Below, piece by piece: positions 9,190 to 20,460 of a stretch of 64,000 bases of DNA. Under the pieces are notes generated by a model. That model had not been told where the DNA came from and did not search any database. It saw only the letters and a program-made list of their open reading frames with translations. Every line of letters starts with the position of its first letter. Position 1 is the stretch's first letter. The DNA comes from a virus. Its lineage: Duplodnaviria > Caudoviricetes. Location of the stretch: IMG/VR virus record IMGVR_UViG_2617271064_000003, positions 7,035-71,034 of that record. One strand, given 5' to 3'. The translations under genes were made by a program, and so were the position numbers.

Positions 9190-12100
9190 GCATCCTCGGG
9201 AGCAAAATTGTCATCGTCTGCGTAGACGCGAACGTCGTAGTTGATGGCCTCCATTTCCGCCGAGTAATCACCTGGCTCTATTGAGGTCACCAGAACCGGG
9301 TAGCACCACCGTGTCGAAATCCCGAACAGCAGGTGAGGCGGCTCAATCTGCTGGGAAAGATCCGGCACAAAGTCGATAGATTGGATAGCGATGCGGTAGT
9401 CATCTATTCGATACGCAGCCCACGGACCGCTGATCGAACCGTCTGGCCGGCGCACTGCAAGAACATGTGTCTGCCCTTCGCTCCAAACAAAAGCCTCGCT
9501 GCTTTCGATCACTACCGGCCCCTCTCCTGCGGAGAAGTCCGTCATGATTGATGACTGCGCATAGCCAGGAATGTCATCGGCCACCGCGTCATAGTTGAGA
9601 TAACCGCTGTTCAGCGCGGAGAGCTCAGTACCCCAGCTATAGCTTTTGTTCTGATAGACCTGGGCCCGACGCTGACGCATGCCGTAGCGCCAAGCACGGT
9701 CGCGATCTGTGACCCCATCGAGTGTGATTTCCTTGACCGTCTGAAAGGCGTCACCTGGAAGCCTGCACTTCACCGTTTCTTCAGCCCAGGTCCTCTGGTC
9801 CCGGTACTTGATGGAAACACCGTCAAAATCGTCAGGCGCAGGCAGGGTGAATGAGCGCTTGAGGGATCCGTTCATGTTCTGCGGCGTGTACATGTTCTTG
9901 ATCTGGCTGCGCGGCTCATCACGCACCGGAGTAATCCGGCCTCGCTCAAGCGTGAACTCTGCAAATCCAGCTTTGAGAGCATCGTTGAGCACTTCCTTGA
10001 CCGTGCCCGCCTCCTCCACTGAAAAGTCGAAGTAGTCCCCGCGGTTGTGCCAAATGGCGCCATACCGCACGAACTCTTCGATATCTACGTCATCATCTGT
10101 CGCCCCAACCGACTTCGAAACATAAGACGCCCACGGCGCGATATCGCGGGTAGCCGTTGGCTCCGACCAGGCGCCATTGACCAAGACAGGGAGCTTGCGG
10201 GTGGCTATCAGCGACACCTGGCTCTCGGACTGAGCCGAAAGTTTGGTGCCGCCGCGCGCATACACCGCGATCGTGGTGACTCCCTCATAACGCAGCGGGG
10301 CTTTATCAATGCGTGCCCTGAGCCCATACCACTGCACACGGTCTTGCTGATTGCTGTCCGACGACTCCTCGCCGATTCGGCGAACCCTCATTTCCCCCCT
10401 CATGTAGGTAGGAAAGTTGATGGCCCGGGTGAATGCGATCTGATCTCGACGAGCCGCCTTGAACGTCCAAAAAACGCTTGTCCAGTTCTCGGCGGTGTTG
10501 ATGTCGCGATACTGGGCCTCGACCTTGACGGTTACTTCAACCTGCCGCCCTTTCTTCGAGTAGGCAATCAGGCCAGCGGGAAAGAAGAAGTCCAATTCAA
10601 CGCTACGGACAACCTCATTCTCGGGGCAGACTGCGAACGATCCGGCCCAGTCGCCTTCAGTTGTGGAAGAGTCCAGCACAACCGATACATCGCTGGTTTG
10701 CATCGCGTCGAAGCCCAACCAGTCATCGTCCACTGCACCTGTATCAGTCAATCGAACGACCGTAATCGCCGACGGCCCATGACTCTCGTCCTCTGGGGTG
10801 GCGCCGTCATCCTCCACTGAGTCATCGGAGACTTCCGTTATCCGGTACCGCAGTCCCCTATAGCCAATCGTGGCCAGCAGCGATCCTGGCTGCAGCCCCA
10901 CCGCCGGAGCGCCACCGTCATAAGCCATGGTCATGCGGGCGTACTGCCCATCCGCGGCCGCCTCTGTCTTAACGCCCGTCACGAACGCAGGGCTCGAACC
11001 GAGGATGTCAGTGACAGAACCCGTGATAGACAACGGCGAGCCGGTGAATGGCGCGGCCTGCTCTGCAATGCGCAGCCTCCCGGAGGAAGCGCTGGCCACC
11101 AGACCGGTACCGGACAGTGACGCACTCACCGCCGAAACGAGGCCTGCAAGGTTTGTAACGTTCGTATTCAGAGATACCGGAAAGCTGCTCGCTCCTCGCG
11201 ATACAGTGAAGCTCAGCGACACCACATCGAAGTTGAAACGAGCAGGCGCCGCGCTTCCGGTGACCATTGACGCGCTACCAGGCACGGCCGGGGTACCGGG
11301 CACCTCAGGCTCATAGCTCGCAACAACATAGTTGCCAGCATTGGCGCCAGCGATCTCGATCCGCATGCCGGCGAACGCCTGCAGCATGGGCAGATACGGA
11401 CCGCTGACGATGGTCGCGCTGCCATCAATCGGGGTAGTGAAGGTATACGGGTAAGGCAACTCAACGCGCGCGATCATGCCGCTATCCCAGCCAAACGGGA
11501 ACCAGCCCGCTCCGTCTGGAACGCTCAGCACCAGATCGGCAGCCAGCAGAGCATTGCCGCTGAACTGCTGTGCAACTTGAGTGGTGTTGGTGAGGGTAAG
11601 GCCGCCAGATCCGGTGTTTGTCGCACCGACTTCGGTCGAGTTATGCCACCACAACCGGGCTGACTCGGCGGCCAGTGACTCACCTGGTCCGTATACCTTG
11701 TATCGCGCAGTGCTGCCGAGCGAAGCGAGCGTGGTGTCGCCGATCTTGACGTCCGTGGGATTGATCTCGAACTCTCCGACGCCAACGCACAGCAATAGCT
11801 CAACCCACTGTTCCGTCTCGTTGACGAAGTGATGCCGAGGGGGGACCAGATAGTCCGGAAAGATGCGAGTTCTGCCCGCAACCTCGCGTATAACGTCACC
11901 CACTTTGACCTGGTTACCCGTTGTCTTGGCCAGGTTCAGGTTCTGCCCTGACCGACCCTGATTCCTTGGCGTGGACAGAGGCCTCTGAGTCATCATCACC
12001 ACGCCGACGGCAACCACTGCGGCAACCACAGCCCACAACGCGACCTCCAGCCCGGTTCCCTTCGGCTCTGGATAAATGCAAACGGTATCTTGGGGTGAAA

Positions 12101-12287
12101 AGTCGGTCTTCGCCCAACGCTCGGGATTGATGAACACACCGTTCAACTCGACGCTGATAGGCGGCGACTGACGCGGCGTATAGCCTGGAACGTTCTGGAA
12201 CAGCCACCCTTCAATAGTCATAACCTGATCGGTCTTGTGGCGCTCCAGTGGAGATCCCTCAAGCTTGCTCGGGTAGAATTCGATCAC
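9186..12287 (-). CDS. Tail tip / host specificity protein J-like, with a gpI-like N-terminal region
   Basis: 1033 aa after the NlpC/P60 gene; [29 protein letters not shown]; C-terminal [13 protein letters not shown]. Confidence 0.85.
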   Translation of the reverse strand: MIEFYPSKLEGSPLERHKTDQVMTIEGWLFQNVPGYTPRQSPPISVELNGVFINPERWAKTDFSPQDTVCIYPEPKGTGLEVALWAVVAAVVAVGVVMMTQRPLSTPRNQGRSGQNLNLAKTTGNQVKVGDVIREVAGRTRIFPDYLVPPRHHFVNETEQWVELLLCVGVGEFEINPTDVKIGDTTLASLGSTARYKVYGPGESLAAESARLWWHNSTEVGATNTGSGGLTLTNTTQVAQQFSGNALLAADLVLSVPDGAGWFPFGWDSGMIARVELPYPYTFTTPIDGSATIVSGPYLPMLQAFAGMRIEIAGANAGNYVVASYEPEVPGTPAVPGSASMVTGSAAPARFNFDVVSLSFTVSRGASSFPVSLNTNVTNLAGLVSAVSASLSGTGLVASASSGRLRIAEQAAPFTGSPLSITGSVTDILGSSPAFVTGVKTEAAADGQYARMTMAYDGGAPAVGLQPGSLLATIGYRGLRYRITEVSDDSVEDDGATPEDESHGPSAITVVRLTDTGAVDDDWLGFDAMQTSDVSVVLDSSTTEGDWAGSFAVCPENEVVRSVELDFFFPAGLIAYSKKGRQVEVTVKVEAQYRDINTAENWTSVFWTFKAARRDQIAFTRAINFPTYMRGEMRVRRIGEESSDSNQQDRVQWYGLRARIDKAPLRYEGVTTIAVYARGGTKLSAQSESQVSLIATRKLPVLVNGAWSEPTATRDIAPWASYVSKSVGATDDDVDIEEFVRYGAIWHNRGDYFDFSVEEAGTVKEVLNDALKAGFAEFTLERGRITPVRDEPRSQIKNMYTPQNMNGSLKRSFTLPAPDDFDGVSIKYRDQRTWAEETVKCRLPGDAFQTVKEITLDGVTDRDRAWRYGMRQRRAQVYQNKSYSWGTELSALNSGYLNYDAVADDIPGYAQSSIMTDFSAGEGPVVIESSEAFVWSEGQTHVLAVRRPDGSISGPWAAYRIDDYRIAIQSIDFVPDLSQQIEPPHLLFGISTRWCYPVLVTSIEPGDYSAEMEAINYDVRVYADDDNFAPEDA

Positions 12288-12660
12288 GGTGGTAGCTCAC
12301 TTTCAGATACTGGTCTTGAAAACGCCGAAGCGGCTTTATGGTTGCCCCGCTGGGCTTCATCTCTAGGCCGTGCAACCGGCCCTCCACCTCGACGATCAGC
12401 GCAACGTGAATGCAGATGTCGCCCCTCCACACGCAGGCAATAGCTCCTACCTCCGGCCCGCAGCGCTCCATCGCAGATGCCTCAAGGTTTACGGCCCGAG
12501 TGAACTCCTTAGGCATGGTGTTGCGCACGTACCCCCAGCTCGGCAACAACGGCAGGCCGTACACCTGGTGGCGCACCAACCGGGTCATTCCCCAGCAATC
12601 GAAGCGCGCAGGGCCGCGCCCGCCATCTTCGTAGGTGGCGGTGAGGTATTGATCGAACAT
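12259..12660 (-). CDS. NlpC/P60 tail assembly protein (gpK-like)
   Basis: [11 protein letters not shown]...HVAL catalytic motifs. Confidence 0.85.
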   Translation of the reverse strand: MFDQYLTATYEDGGRGPARFDCWGMTRLVRHQVYGLPLLPSWGYVRNTMPKEFTRAVNLEASAMERCGPEVGAIACVWRGDICIHVALIVEVEGRLHGLEMKPSGATIKPLRRFQDQYLKVSYHRDRILPEQA

Positions 12661-13145
12661 CAGGTGTACCTAAGGCAGGGAACGAAATCCAAGGTGTACT
12701 TGCGTCTTGGCCAGGCGAGGTTGACGAAGTCGAAGTAGCCAGCCTGCAGCTGCACGCTGGCCCCTTCCATGAAACCGCTCAGCACGTTCATGCGGTATGG
12801 CTTTTCCGCCGGTGCGGACAAGTCGGAAGACAGGAAAATGCGGAAGATCATGGTGATCTTCTCCCTGGCATCCAGCGCTTTATCAATCAGCTGCTGAGCC
12901 ACGCCAGTCACGTTGTCGATAGCGAAGGTCAGCGATTGGTTACCGCTGTTATCGCGTTTTGGCAGCGCGGCATCGAAGGCGGTCGCCGTGAACGTCGCTA
13001 GAACGCCCTCCTCGGTCGTGGCCACTAGATCCTCAAACGCCGAGCAGATGTACACGGGGCCAGGCCAGGAGGCACAGCGAAGCTCAATGGTTGGAATGAT
13101 CCACGCCTTGCCGCCAGAGGCGTACAAGGTTGCAATCGCGGTCAT
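12660..13145 (-). CDS. Minor tail protein (DUF1833/gpL-like)
   Basis: Position after the tape measure gene; [10 protein letters not shown] and [11 protein letters not shown] motifs. Confidence 0.75.
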   Translation of the reverse strand: MTAIATLYASGGKAWIIPTIELRCASWPGPVYICSAFEDLVATTEEGVLATFTATAFDAALPKRDNSGNQSLTFAIDNVTGVAQQLIDKALDAREKITMIFRIFLSSDLSAPAEKPYRMNVLSGFMEGASVQLQAGYFDFVNLAWPRRKYTLDFVPCLRYT

Positions 13146-16100
13146 CTTCCAACCCTCTGGTTCCTGTAAGTCGACTCGTACGTCTTGGCTACTTTTCCTT
13201 GGCCAGTCCTCATGCCGGAAGAAATATGGTCGTCAACAGCGGCGATGATGACCTTGAGCTGATCCCCATCCATGCGAGTACTTACCTTGTCATTTCCGTA
13301 GTTGAGAACCTGGACGTTGAGATTTGGCGAGGGCGATGCCGCCGCTACAGGAGTATCCGCCACTGCCTCCGATGAACCGCCAGGACCGCCGATGAAAGCA
13401 GCACGCCCATTGCTGATGGCCTCCAGCGTTCCTACACCAATCCGCGCTGTAGCCTCGGCGTCGAAAACGTACTCACCCCGGTGCACCGGACCAGCTACCT
13501 CATCCTTGCGACCATGCCCCGTATAGCCACCATCCATAAAGCCGACACCGGCCATGGCCGTCATGCCAACGGCGGATGCAAGCGGCGTAGCGACGGTCAA
13601 TGCACTAGCCATGGCAGCAGGTGCCAAGGCCGGACCAACAATAGGAATTGCCGCAGTTGAAGCGAACGCAGCAAGACCAGCTTGAAGTGCGGTGGCCTGA
13701 GCATTCGCAGCTAGCATGCCTGCTGAGCTTGCCTGCGTAGTTTTGCCGACGAGCATCTGCACGCCCTGGTAAACCAGCCATTGCGCCGCCATATCGGTCA
13801 GCGCGTTGAGGACAGATTCTGCGAACCCGCCCAACATGTTGTTCAAAGCATCGCCAGCATCCTCCGCTCCGGTGGCAACATCCTTGAGGAACGTGCTCAG
13901 TTCACCCCTGGCGCTGCCAAGGGTGCTGTTGGTCAGATCGGCAGCCTGGGCTGAGTAGTTCTGTGCCTCGTCGGCAAAGTTCGCCCACGCTTCGCGAACG
14001 CCGTTCATCCAGTTGGACTGCTGCTCGTCAATCGCCGCATAGTAGTTCTGCTGAGCTTGCAGCCTCTTGTCCAGCTCCTCCTGAAGGACCTGTGTTTCGC
14101 TCGCATACAGCTCCGGCTCAATCTGCCCGGTGTTCCGCTGCTCATTCAGGGACTGGAGGTCCTCGACATACTTCTGACGCAATGCCAGCTCAGACCGCAT
14201 ACGGTCGCGGGCCTTGTCCCCCAGGCCAATTCCGGCCAGCTCTTGGGCATAGCCATTTACCGCCGACTGCGTGCCGGCTTGCTGAGCAGCCTTGAAAGCG
14301 CTGAGCTTTAGATCGTCTTCGTTGGCCTTCTTGATCTTGTTCAGGGTATCCAGCTCGGCGGCCAACTCAAGCAGGCGCTTTTGCTGGGCTTTCGACAGAT
14401 TGCCGAGCTTGCCCTCCTGAAGCTCGAAGGAGAGTTTCGCGACTTCCGTGGCGTTCTTCTGCTTGTCACCAGTGGTGTTGATCAGCTCGATCTGGCGCTT
14501 GTAACCCTCTTCCGCCGCCTTGAAATCCGTCAGCTGCTTCTTGGCAGCCTGCTCAGACTTTGATTCCCCCTCGCGCTTGGACTTGTTCGCCTTGTCATTG
14601 GCCTTTTTCTGCGCCTCGATGGCATTAGCTGCCGACAGGATGGCCTGGCGATCTGTTTCGGTGAGGTCCGCATTCTCGGCGATGTAGCGGTTCGCGATCT
14701 TGATCGCGTCATTGTTGTCTTGCAGGCCGCCGAGCTGTTTCTGCAGGGTTTCCAGGTAAGTTTGGCCAGCGCTGCTCATGCCGCTCTTCGCGGCATTGTT
14801 CGCTTCGGTCGCTACTGTGTTTTCCTTGGTGACCCCAGTGAGGACACGCAAGGTTTCGGCAATCAGGCCTGAGCGCTGATCAGCATCGCTGACGGCGCCG
14901 GCTTGGGTGATCCAGCCCTGCAACGTAGCCGCCGGCAACTGCAGGCGATTACTCACTTCCTTCAGGATCGGGGCAAGGTCGGCACCAGAGGAGCGAGCCT
15001 CGTTCAGCCGATCGATGATCCCCTGGTACTCGGCCAGCTGCTTGTTGTACTGGCCGCCAGAGTCGCGAACAGGTGCTGTCACTGTTGCAGAGCGGATGGC
15101 CTGGGCAAGCTCTCCGTAGGCATCCTTGACCTTGTCCGTAGCGTTGATCTGCTCCTGCTGCCATTTCACCAAGCCAGCTTCGCGCTGGTCCTGGTTGAGC
15201 TTCTGGAACTCCTCCCGCAGTTGGGATACGGGCTTTTGCATGTCCTCCAGACTGACCCCAGCCTGGTCCGCGTTGTCACGCAGCAAGAGGAAGCTTGCCG
15301 CTACGGTGCCGGCGAGGATTGCCAGCCCCATCGGACCTCCCAGGCCTGCAAGCAGACCTGCCGAAGCAGCCTTCAAGCCAGACTGAGCGGTTGCTACTGC
15401 GGCGGTTGCGGCGGCCTCCTTTGTCCGCGCGGTCGCAAGCTGGATGGACATTTGGGTCTGAACTGCGGTGCCTCGCGCCGCAATCGCTTCCCGCTCAGCG
15501 AGAATGGTAGCCGTCTGAGCCTTCCGCTGATCTGCTATCGCCGCCTGTAGTGTTGCCTCAGCCTGGGCAACTCGTGCTGCCCGGTCAGCCCGCGCTGCCT
15601 GCACGGCCAACCCAGTTTTCACAACGTAGTTGGTCAGCGCAGCTGCACCGACGCCGCCCATGGCCACGGCCACAAGGTCGACGTTGTTCGCCAGCGCAAT
15701 CAGCACGTTCGCAAAGCCTGCGACTATGCCGGTTTGCTCTTCCATGCCACCCAGGAATGCCTGAATGGCGTTGCTGATGTTCACCATCGCGTCCTGCACG
15801 CTGGTGGACATGTCGGCCGCAGCCTTGCGGTTGACCTCCACGTTGCGCAGCAGGCCGATATTAATGTAATCGAGCGACAGCTTGCCCTCGACGCCGAGCT
15901 TCCGGATCTCCTCGGCGCTCTTGCCGGTGGCGGTGGCAATCGCATTGACGATGGTCGGCATGGCGTCCTGAATAGACACCCAGCCATCCGCCTCTACCTT
16001 ACCGGTCTGCAGCGCCTTCGAATAGGCATCCAAGGCCGACCCGGCTTTATCTGCAGCAGCCGCGTTGGTCACCAGCAGAAAGCTGAAGCTATCCGTGATA

Positions 16101-16540
16101 TCCAGCGTCTCTTGGGTGTTAAAGCCCAGGCTACGCATAACGTCAGCAGTGCGGATGTACAGCTCTTGCGCCTCAGCCAGAGGACGGTAGGTTTCCTGCG
16201 CAGTTTGTAGCAGGTGGCCTTGAACCAACTGGTACTCACTTGCGCTACCAGCTGCAGCCTTCATCCGGTCAGACATCTGCCCGTAGGCATCAACTTGCTG
16301 GATGATGCCGCCTATCAGACCGGCGCCGGCCACTGCCGCGAAAGCGCCGCGCATGAGAGTGCCGGCTTGCTGCGCTGCTGCGCCTGCCCGATCAAAAGCT
16401 GAATCGACCTTGGCCAGGCTCTGGTCAATCGCCTGGGATGACCGCGCGACCAACTGATCCGCATTGGCCAACTCCCGACGCAGCTGGGCGGTGGTCGCCT
16501 CGATCTGGACCAGCATCCCCTGGACTTGTTGGTCGGCCAT
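13142..16540 (-). CDS. Tail tape measure protein
   Basis: ~1130 aa, Ala-rich and helical; C-terminal GFMDGGYTG...GPVHRGEYV. Confidence 0.95.
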   Translation of the reverse strand: MADQQVQGMLVQIEATTAQLRRELANADQLVARSSQAIDQSLAKVDSAFDRAGAAAQQAGTLMRGAFAAVAGAGLIGGIIQQVDAYGQMSDRMKAAAGSASEYQLVQGHLLQTAQETYRPLAEAQELYIRTADVMRSLGFNTQETLDITDSFSFLLVTNAAAADKAGSALDAYSKALQTGKVEADGWVSIQDAMPTIVNAIATATGKSAEEIRKLGVEGKLSLDYINIGLLRNVEVNRKAAADMSTSVQDAMVNISNAIQAFLGGMEEQTGIVAGFANVLIALANNVDLVAVAMGGVGAAALTNYVVKTGLAVQAARADRAARVAQAEATLQAAIADQRKAQTATILAEREAIAARGTAVQTQMSIQLATARTKEAAATAAVATAQSGLKAASAGLLAGLGGPMGLAILAGTVAASFLLLRDNADQAGVSLEDMQKPVSQLREEFQKLNQDQREAGLVKWQQEQINATDKVKDAYGELAQAIRSATVTAPVRDSGGQYNKQLAEYQGIIDRLNEARSSGADLAPILKEVSNRLQLPAATLQGWITQAGAVSDADQRSGLIAETLRVLTGVTKENTVATEANNAAKSGMSSAGQTYLETLQKQLGGLQDNNDAIKIANRYIAENADLTETDRQAILSAANAIEAQKKANDKANKSKREGESKSEQAAKKQLTDFKAAEEGYKRQIELINTTGDKQKNATEVAKLSFELQEGKLGNLSKAQQKRLLELAAELDTLNKIKKANEDDLKLSAFKAAQQAGTQSAVNGYAQELAGIGLGDKARDRMRSELALRQKYVEDLQSLNEQRNTGQIEPELYASETQVLQEELDKRLQAQQNYYAAIDEQQSNWMNGVREAWANFADEAQNYSAQAADLTNSTLGSARGELSTFLKDVATGAEDAGDALNNMLGGFAESVLNALTDMAAQWLVYQGVQMLVGKTTQASSAGMLAANAQATALQAGLAAFASTAAIPIVGPALAPAAMASALTVATPLASAVGMTAMAGVGFMDGGYTGHGRKDEVAGPVHRGEYVFDAEATARIGVGTLEAISNGRAAFIGGPGGSSEAVADTPVAAASPSPNLNVQVLNYGNDKVSTRMDGDQLKVIIAAVDDHISSGMRTGQGKVAKTYESTYRNQRVGR

Positions 16541-16600
16541 TCCGCTCTCCATAAACGAAAAAGCCCGGCACATGGCCGGGCTCGTTGAAAGTTGTCGTGG

Positions 16601-16912
16601 CTATTTGTAGGGATTTGCCATGTCAGTGGTGGTGAAACTAGCAACCTTGCCCGTAGCATCAAGAACAACGCTCAAGCCTTGGTTTTCGTAGCTAGAACCA
16701 GCAAAGCCGACTTTCGTATAGCCCCAGGACAAGACCTGAGTGCCATCAGAGTTTCTTGTCGTGGCAAGCGGTTGCCCGAAACTGCTCAGCAGTTCCTCTT
16801 TAGTGGTTACGCTCTGCTTAATTTGATCCAGCTGCGCTTGGGTAACCGGCTTACCATAGGTAGTGCATGCTGCCAGTACGCACGCGGCCAGTAGGACAAA
16901 CAGTCTCTTCAT
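16601..16912 (-). CDS. Small lipoprotein moron (SmpA/OmlA-like)
   Basis: MKRLFVLLAACVLAAC lipobox, GAGG RBS, followed by a hairpin terminator near 16558-16583. Confidence 0.8.
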   Translation of the reverse strand: MKRLFVLLAACVLAACTTYGKPVTQAQLDQIKQSVTTKEELLSSFGQPLATTRNSDGTQVLSWGYTKVGFAGSSYENQGLSVVLDATGKVASFTTTDMANPYK

Positions 16913-16964
16913 GTGATGGTGCCTCCTTGATGAGCCAGGGAATGTACCATAGAGGCAGATACAT

Positions 16965-17243
16965 TCAGGACCGCGCGCGCCCAGTAAGGGCTTGGCGCAG
17001 CTTGTCGGCAACTGTCGAGGCGCTAGGTTTCTGCTTGGCGCCTTGGGCCTTCCCTTTGCCGAAGGGGTTGGTCATTTGCGACCATTCGAGCCGGGCATCA
17101 AGTGCCATGAAAAGCTCAGGCAGCGGCGTGCACCAAGCAACATCCGGCGCCCAGCCCAGCCAACCCGTAGCAATCGAATAAAGCCGGTCAACGTAACTTC
17201 CGTCTTCGATGACGCTTACGCCGTCCCGGCTTGGTCGTTTCCC
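16965..17243 (-). CDS. Tail assembly chaperone gpT part, reached by -1 frameshift
   Basis: The -1 frame after G GGA AAC is open (SVIEDGSYVDRLYSIATGWLGWAPDVAW...) to TGA at 16965. Confidence 0.8.
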   Translation of the reverse strand, partial: GKRPSRDGVSVIEDGSYVDRLYSIATGWLGWAPDVAWCTPLPELFMALDARLEWSQMTNPFGKGKAQGAKQKPSASTVADKLRQALTGRARS

Positions 17244-17545
17244 GGCTCTTTGCCGCGTGGGTTGTACAGCGCAACCAGGTAGGCGTTCAGCTGCGTTGAC
17301 ACATCGAGAACGCCGTGCTGCCAGACTTGCTCTGGCACTGCCTTGGCGGCCTTCTCGTCAAGGCCGGCGCCGGCAACCAGGATGGCCGCGCAACCGTCGA
17401 CGCTGAGCGAGTTGATCGCCTGGGAAGCACCGCGCAGGCCGCCAAATCGGCTCTCGATCGCCCGCACAGCCTTCAGGGTTGGGGTCAGGGTGAACTCTTC
17501 ATCACCCAGCTTGACGGTAACGGTACCGTGCAGCGTATTGTTCAT
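17216..17545 (-). CDS. Tail assembly chaperone gpG
   Basis: Between tail tube and tape measure genes; slippery GGGAAAC near its 3' end. Confidence 0.85.
   Translation of the reverse strand: MNNTLHGTVTVKLGDEEFTLTPTLKAVRAIESRFGGLRGASQAINSLSVDGCAAILVAGAGLDEKAAKAVPEQVWQHGVLDVSTQLNAYLVALYNPRGKEPGNDQAGTA
17237..17243 (-). other. Programmed -1 frameshift slippery site GGGAAAC
   Basis: In-frame X XXY YYZ heptamer (CCG GGA AAC), analogous to lambda G/T. Confidence 0.8.
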
Positions 17546-17585
17546 TAGGCAGGTCCTGTGAAGCCGGGGCCAAAGCCCCGGGCAC

Positions 17586-18089
17586 TTATGGGGTTACAGG
17601 GGCCGGCAGCAACTCGAGGATTTCCGAGTTGATGCCAAAGGTGATGTTGCGGCGCACCACGTTGTCAGCAGCGCCGGCGGCCACGGTGTTGTTCATTACC
17701 TTCGCTCGGTAGTAGAACGTGGTCGGGCTGATGGCCGGGGTGGCATCAGGGTCGCCGTCGTTGAGGGTGACCTTGATGTTGTAATCGCCCTTGCTGCGAT
17801 CCTTGTGGGCGGTCTTGACCGCGTTCTGGCCAGCATCACCGTTATCCAGACCCACGGTCATGGTCATGTCGCCGGCGTCAGCCGTGCCCTTGTACTTGCG
17901 CACCCGCCCATCCTCGAGCGACGTGAATGTCACGCTGCTGAAGGTGTCGCCGAACTCGCCGAGGTCTTCGATCTCACCAACACGCACGTAGGTGTCGGCC
18001 TCGAACTCGGTTTTGGTGGTCGCCCCGGTCTTGCTGCCAATGAAAAGGCGGCAGCCGGCGGCTGTATTGAGGTTGTCTTCTGCGGGCAT
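17586..18089 (-). CDS. Major tail tube protein
   Basis: GEIEDLGEFGD...KYKGTADAG; position in the tail cluster. Confidence 0.85.
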   Translation of the reverse strand: MPAEDNLNTAAGCRLFIGSKTGATTKTEFEADTYVRVGEIEDLGEFGDTFSSVTFTSLEDGRVRKYKGTADAGDMTMTVGLDNGDAGQNAVKTAHKDRSKGDYNIKVTLNDGDPDATPAISPTTFYYRAKVMNNTVAAGAADNVVRRNITFGINSEILELLPAPVTP

Positions 18090-18144
18090 GGGTGATCCTC
18101 CAAAGCCACGTTGGATAGAAGCCGCAGCGCGGCCAGTGGGTGAT

Positions 18145-18531
18145 TCAGTGGGTGGTGATCACGCGGACGGTGATCGAGCCCTGGTAGGTGATACCGTCGG
18201 CATCCCGCTGAGCGTCGGCCTGCTCGACTCGCACGGAAACCGCGCGTCCCACCTCCAGTGGCAGCCGGCGCTCATCCAGGGCGGCGATGACCTCGCCGTT
18301 GATGCGCTTCACCTCGGCCTGGCCAACGGCATCGGACCAGACCGACAGGTAGATCAGGCGCGTCTCGCGCTTGCGCCCAGAGATAGGGCTGGCATTTACC
18401 GAGATCTCCCGGTCGATCGACACATAGGGCATCGGGGTGTTGATGTTCGCACCGTCGTAGATCGGGCAGCTGACCTCAGCTTGTAGCCGGGCGAAGATGG
18501 CCTCTTGCAGGGCCAGCGATGGGTCAGCCAT
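18145..18531 (-). CDS. Tail terminator (DUF3168-like)
   Basis: ALQEAIFARL, PMPYVSI; position. Confidence 0.8.
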   Translation of the reverse strand: MADPSLALQEAIFARLQAEVSCPIYDGANINTPMPYVSIDREISVNASPISGRKRETRLIYLSVWSDAVGQAEVKRINGEVIAALDERRLPLEVGRAVSVRVEQADAQRDADGITYQGSITVRVITTH

Positions 18532-19024
18532 TGCCTACCCCCTGGCTTGCCTTGCGCAGCGTTCGGCGCACAGCGGCCTCAATATCGGCCATCACATACT
18601 CTCGGTTGACCTGCATTGATGGGCGCAGCCATGGGTGTGCTGGCCGGGCCGGAATGTCCGGATACTTGCCGAAAAAGTGGGTGCCGTCGCTCTTGTTGGT
18701 AACGCGTCGGTTGCGATCCCCTGCCCGCTTGCCACCGATGTAGCCCTTGGTCCCATACTCGATGAAGCGCAGGTAAAAGAATCGCCGGTTGTCCCGCTTG
18801 CCACGTATCCCGATCTGCGCATCCAGACCGCTGGGCGAGACGTAAACCTTTAGCGCCGCAGCAGCCGCGCCGGTGTCCTTGGGCATCATCTGCCGCTGCG
18901 TCTCCAGGATACGATTCGCCGCCTCCAGCATCGCGGGCTGTAGCTCGTTGTCCATGGTCTTGTGAATGTTGCGCAATGTCCGGCGCAGCCGGATATCACC
19001 ACGGATGCTTGACCGGCGAGCCAT
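18524..19024 (-). CDS. HK97 gp10-like neck protein
   Basis: FIEYGT...PAHPWLRPS motif. Confidence 0.85.
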   Translation of the reverse strand: MARRSSIRGDIRLRRTLRNIHKTMDNELQPAMLEAANRILETQRQMMPKDTGAAAAALKVYVSPSGLDAQIGIRGKRDNRRFFYLRFIEYGTKGYIGGKRAGDRNRRVTNKSDGTHFFGKYPDIPARPAHPWLRPSMQVNREYVMADIEAAVRRTLRKASQGVGNG

Positions 19025-19027
19025 GGA

Positions 19028-19198
19028 CTACTCCTTGGCCTGGGCGGCCTTCGCTGACTTCTCGGCCTTTTCGGTGACCTCTACGGCATAGCCGCGGGCA
19101 ATCAGGCCTTCGCCATAGGCCTTGTCGACCTCGAACTCTTCGCCCTTCTCCCGCTCACCGGATGCGCCCGTCAACGGGCCTAGTGCTCGAATTTTCAT
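19028..19198 (-). CDS. Small hypothetical protein (56 aa, not in the ORF track)
   Basis: MKIRALGPLTGASGEREKGEEFEVD... fills the operon gap; GAGG RBS. Confidence 0.7.
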   Translation of the reverse strand: MKIRALGPLTGASGEREKGEEFEVDKAYGEGLIARGYAVEVTEKAEKSAKAAQAKE

Positions 19199-19206
19199 TA
19201 TTCACC

Positions 19207-19533
19207 TCATGGGTTAGGTACCGATGAGCAGAGAAGCCTCATCAAGGAGTTTTCGTTGTCCGGCAACACGGCCTCAACCTGGTAGGTGATCCCCCGACGT
19301 GTCAGGCGCGATCCTGCGACGATATCTGGGCGCGGCCTGCCGATGATTTCGGCGGTTACAACAGCACTCAGCTTTTCAGCAACCGCAATGACCCGACCGC
19401 TTGGGGTGCGAACCTCACCCCACATTTCAGGGCGAGCAGCTGGCAGCCACGTCACTGTGGCGCCCCCGGATCTATTCCTCTCCTCGTGTCGATGAGCCAC
19501 CTGCAGCCGATGACGCAGCGGTCCGGCCCTCAT
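19207..19533 (-). CDS. Head closure / head-tail adaptor (SPP1 gp16-like)
   Basis: MRAGPLRHR N-terminus; position. Confidence 0.85.
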   Translation of the reverse strand: MRAGPLRHRLQVAHRHEERNRSGGATVTWLPAARPEMWGEVRTPSGRVIAVAEKLSAVVTAEIIGRPRPDIVAGSRLTRRGITYQVEAVLPDNENSLMRLLCSSVPNP

Positions 19534-19871
19534 ATGCCCCACCCGATACGATGCGGCGTCAGGAGCGCCTTCGAACCTTGCGGCAGTTCGGTGGCAATCG
19601 TCCCGGTCACAACGTCCTCGCGGTTGGCGTAAAGGTGGCCGAGGATCAGCAAACAGGCAGCCTTGATCTGCTTGTTGCAGACCATGGGAGACTCGCCGGC
19701 ATCGTCGGCAGCGATAGCTTCATCCAGCGCCTGCTGGTCTGCGTAGAAGCGACGGTTCAGATAGTCCATCGCCTGCCCTTCGGCCGCCTCGATCAGGAGC
19801 ACCAGGTATTCATCATCATCGTCAGGATCTCGGAGATGATGCCGAGCAATGGTCAAGCTGATGACCGACAT
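19530..19871 (-). CDS. Head-tail connector (HK97 gp6-like)
   Basis: ARHHLR...ACLLILGHLYANRE motif. Confidence 0.9.
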   Translation of the reverse strand: MSVISLTIARHHLRDPDDDDEYLVLLIEAAEGQAMDYLNRRFYADQQALDEAIAADDAGESPMVCNKQIKAACLLILGHLYANREDVVTGTIATELPQGSKALLTPHRIGWGI

Positions 19872-19875
19872 ACCC

Positions 19876-20409
19876 TTATTCCTTCAGCGGTTCGAGCGAT
19901 GCCAGATTCCGCTGTACCAGTTCCTCCGCATGCCGGCGCTGCACCGTATAAGCAGGCCCGCCACGACGACGAAGCTCGCCTTCATCCATGTAAGACCGAA
20001 GCGGATAAATCTGAAGAGTCGCAGGGTTAGGGTTGGCCTGGCCATCTTGTGCCAACTGACCAGCGGCGGTGTCGCTATCAGCCAAGGCTGACGCGGCCTG
20101 ACTGGCCTCTTTGGATAACGCAGCGTCAGTCGCGGCGATGCCGGAGCTATCACCTTGGTCGCCCGTAACGACATCCGAGCCAGTACCGGCGACTGCTTGT
20201 CCTTCTGCCGGCACAACGCCTGGGCCTTCCCCTGGAGCTGGAGCAGTTGTAGGAGCACCCGAGTCGCCCGGGTCACCGCTTGCTGGAAGGGGCGCCGCGG
20301 CCGGCGAAAGAGGCGAATCACCTTCAGGCGCGCCGTGAGTGGAGTCAACGGTCGAGACCGGATTCGTCGCCTCAGCCGTGGAGGCTGGTGTTTCCTGTTT
20401 ACGTGCCAT
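19876..20409 (-). CDS. Low-complexity hypothetical protein after the capsid gene
   Basis: Ala/Pro/Gly-rich linker with a small C-terminal domain. Confidence 0.65.
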   Translation of the reverse strand: MARKQETPASTAEATNPVSTVDSTHGAPEGDSPLSPAAAPLPASGDPGDSGAPTTAPAPGEGPGVVPAEGQAVAGTGSDVVTGDQGDSSGIAATDAALSKEASQAASALADSDTAAGQLAQDGQANPNPATLQIYPLRSYMDEGELRRRGGPAYTVQRRHAEELVQRNLASLEPLKE

Positions 20410-20460
20410 TGGATTGCTCCATTGGGGCGCCATTTCTGGCGCCGCGTTGCGGAAGGTTGA

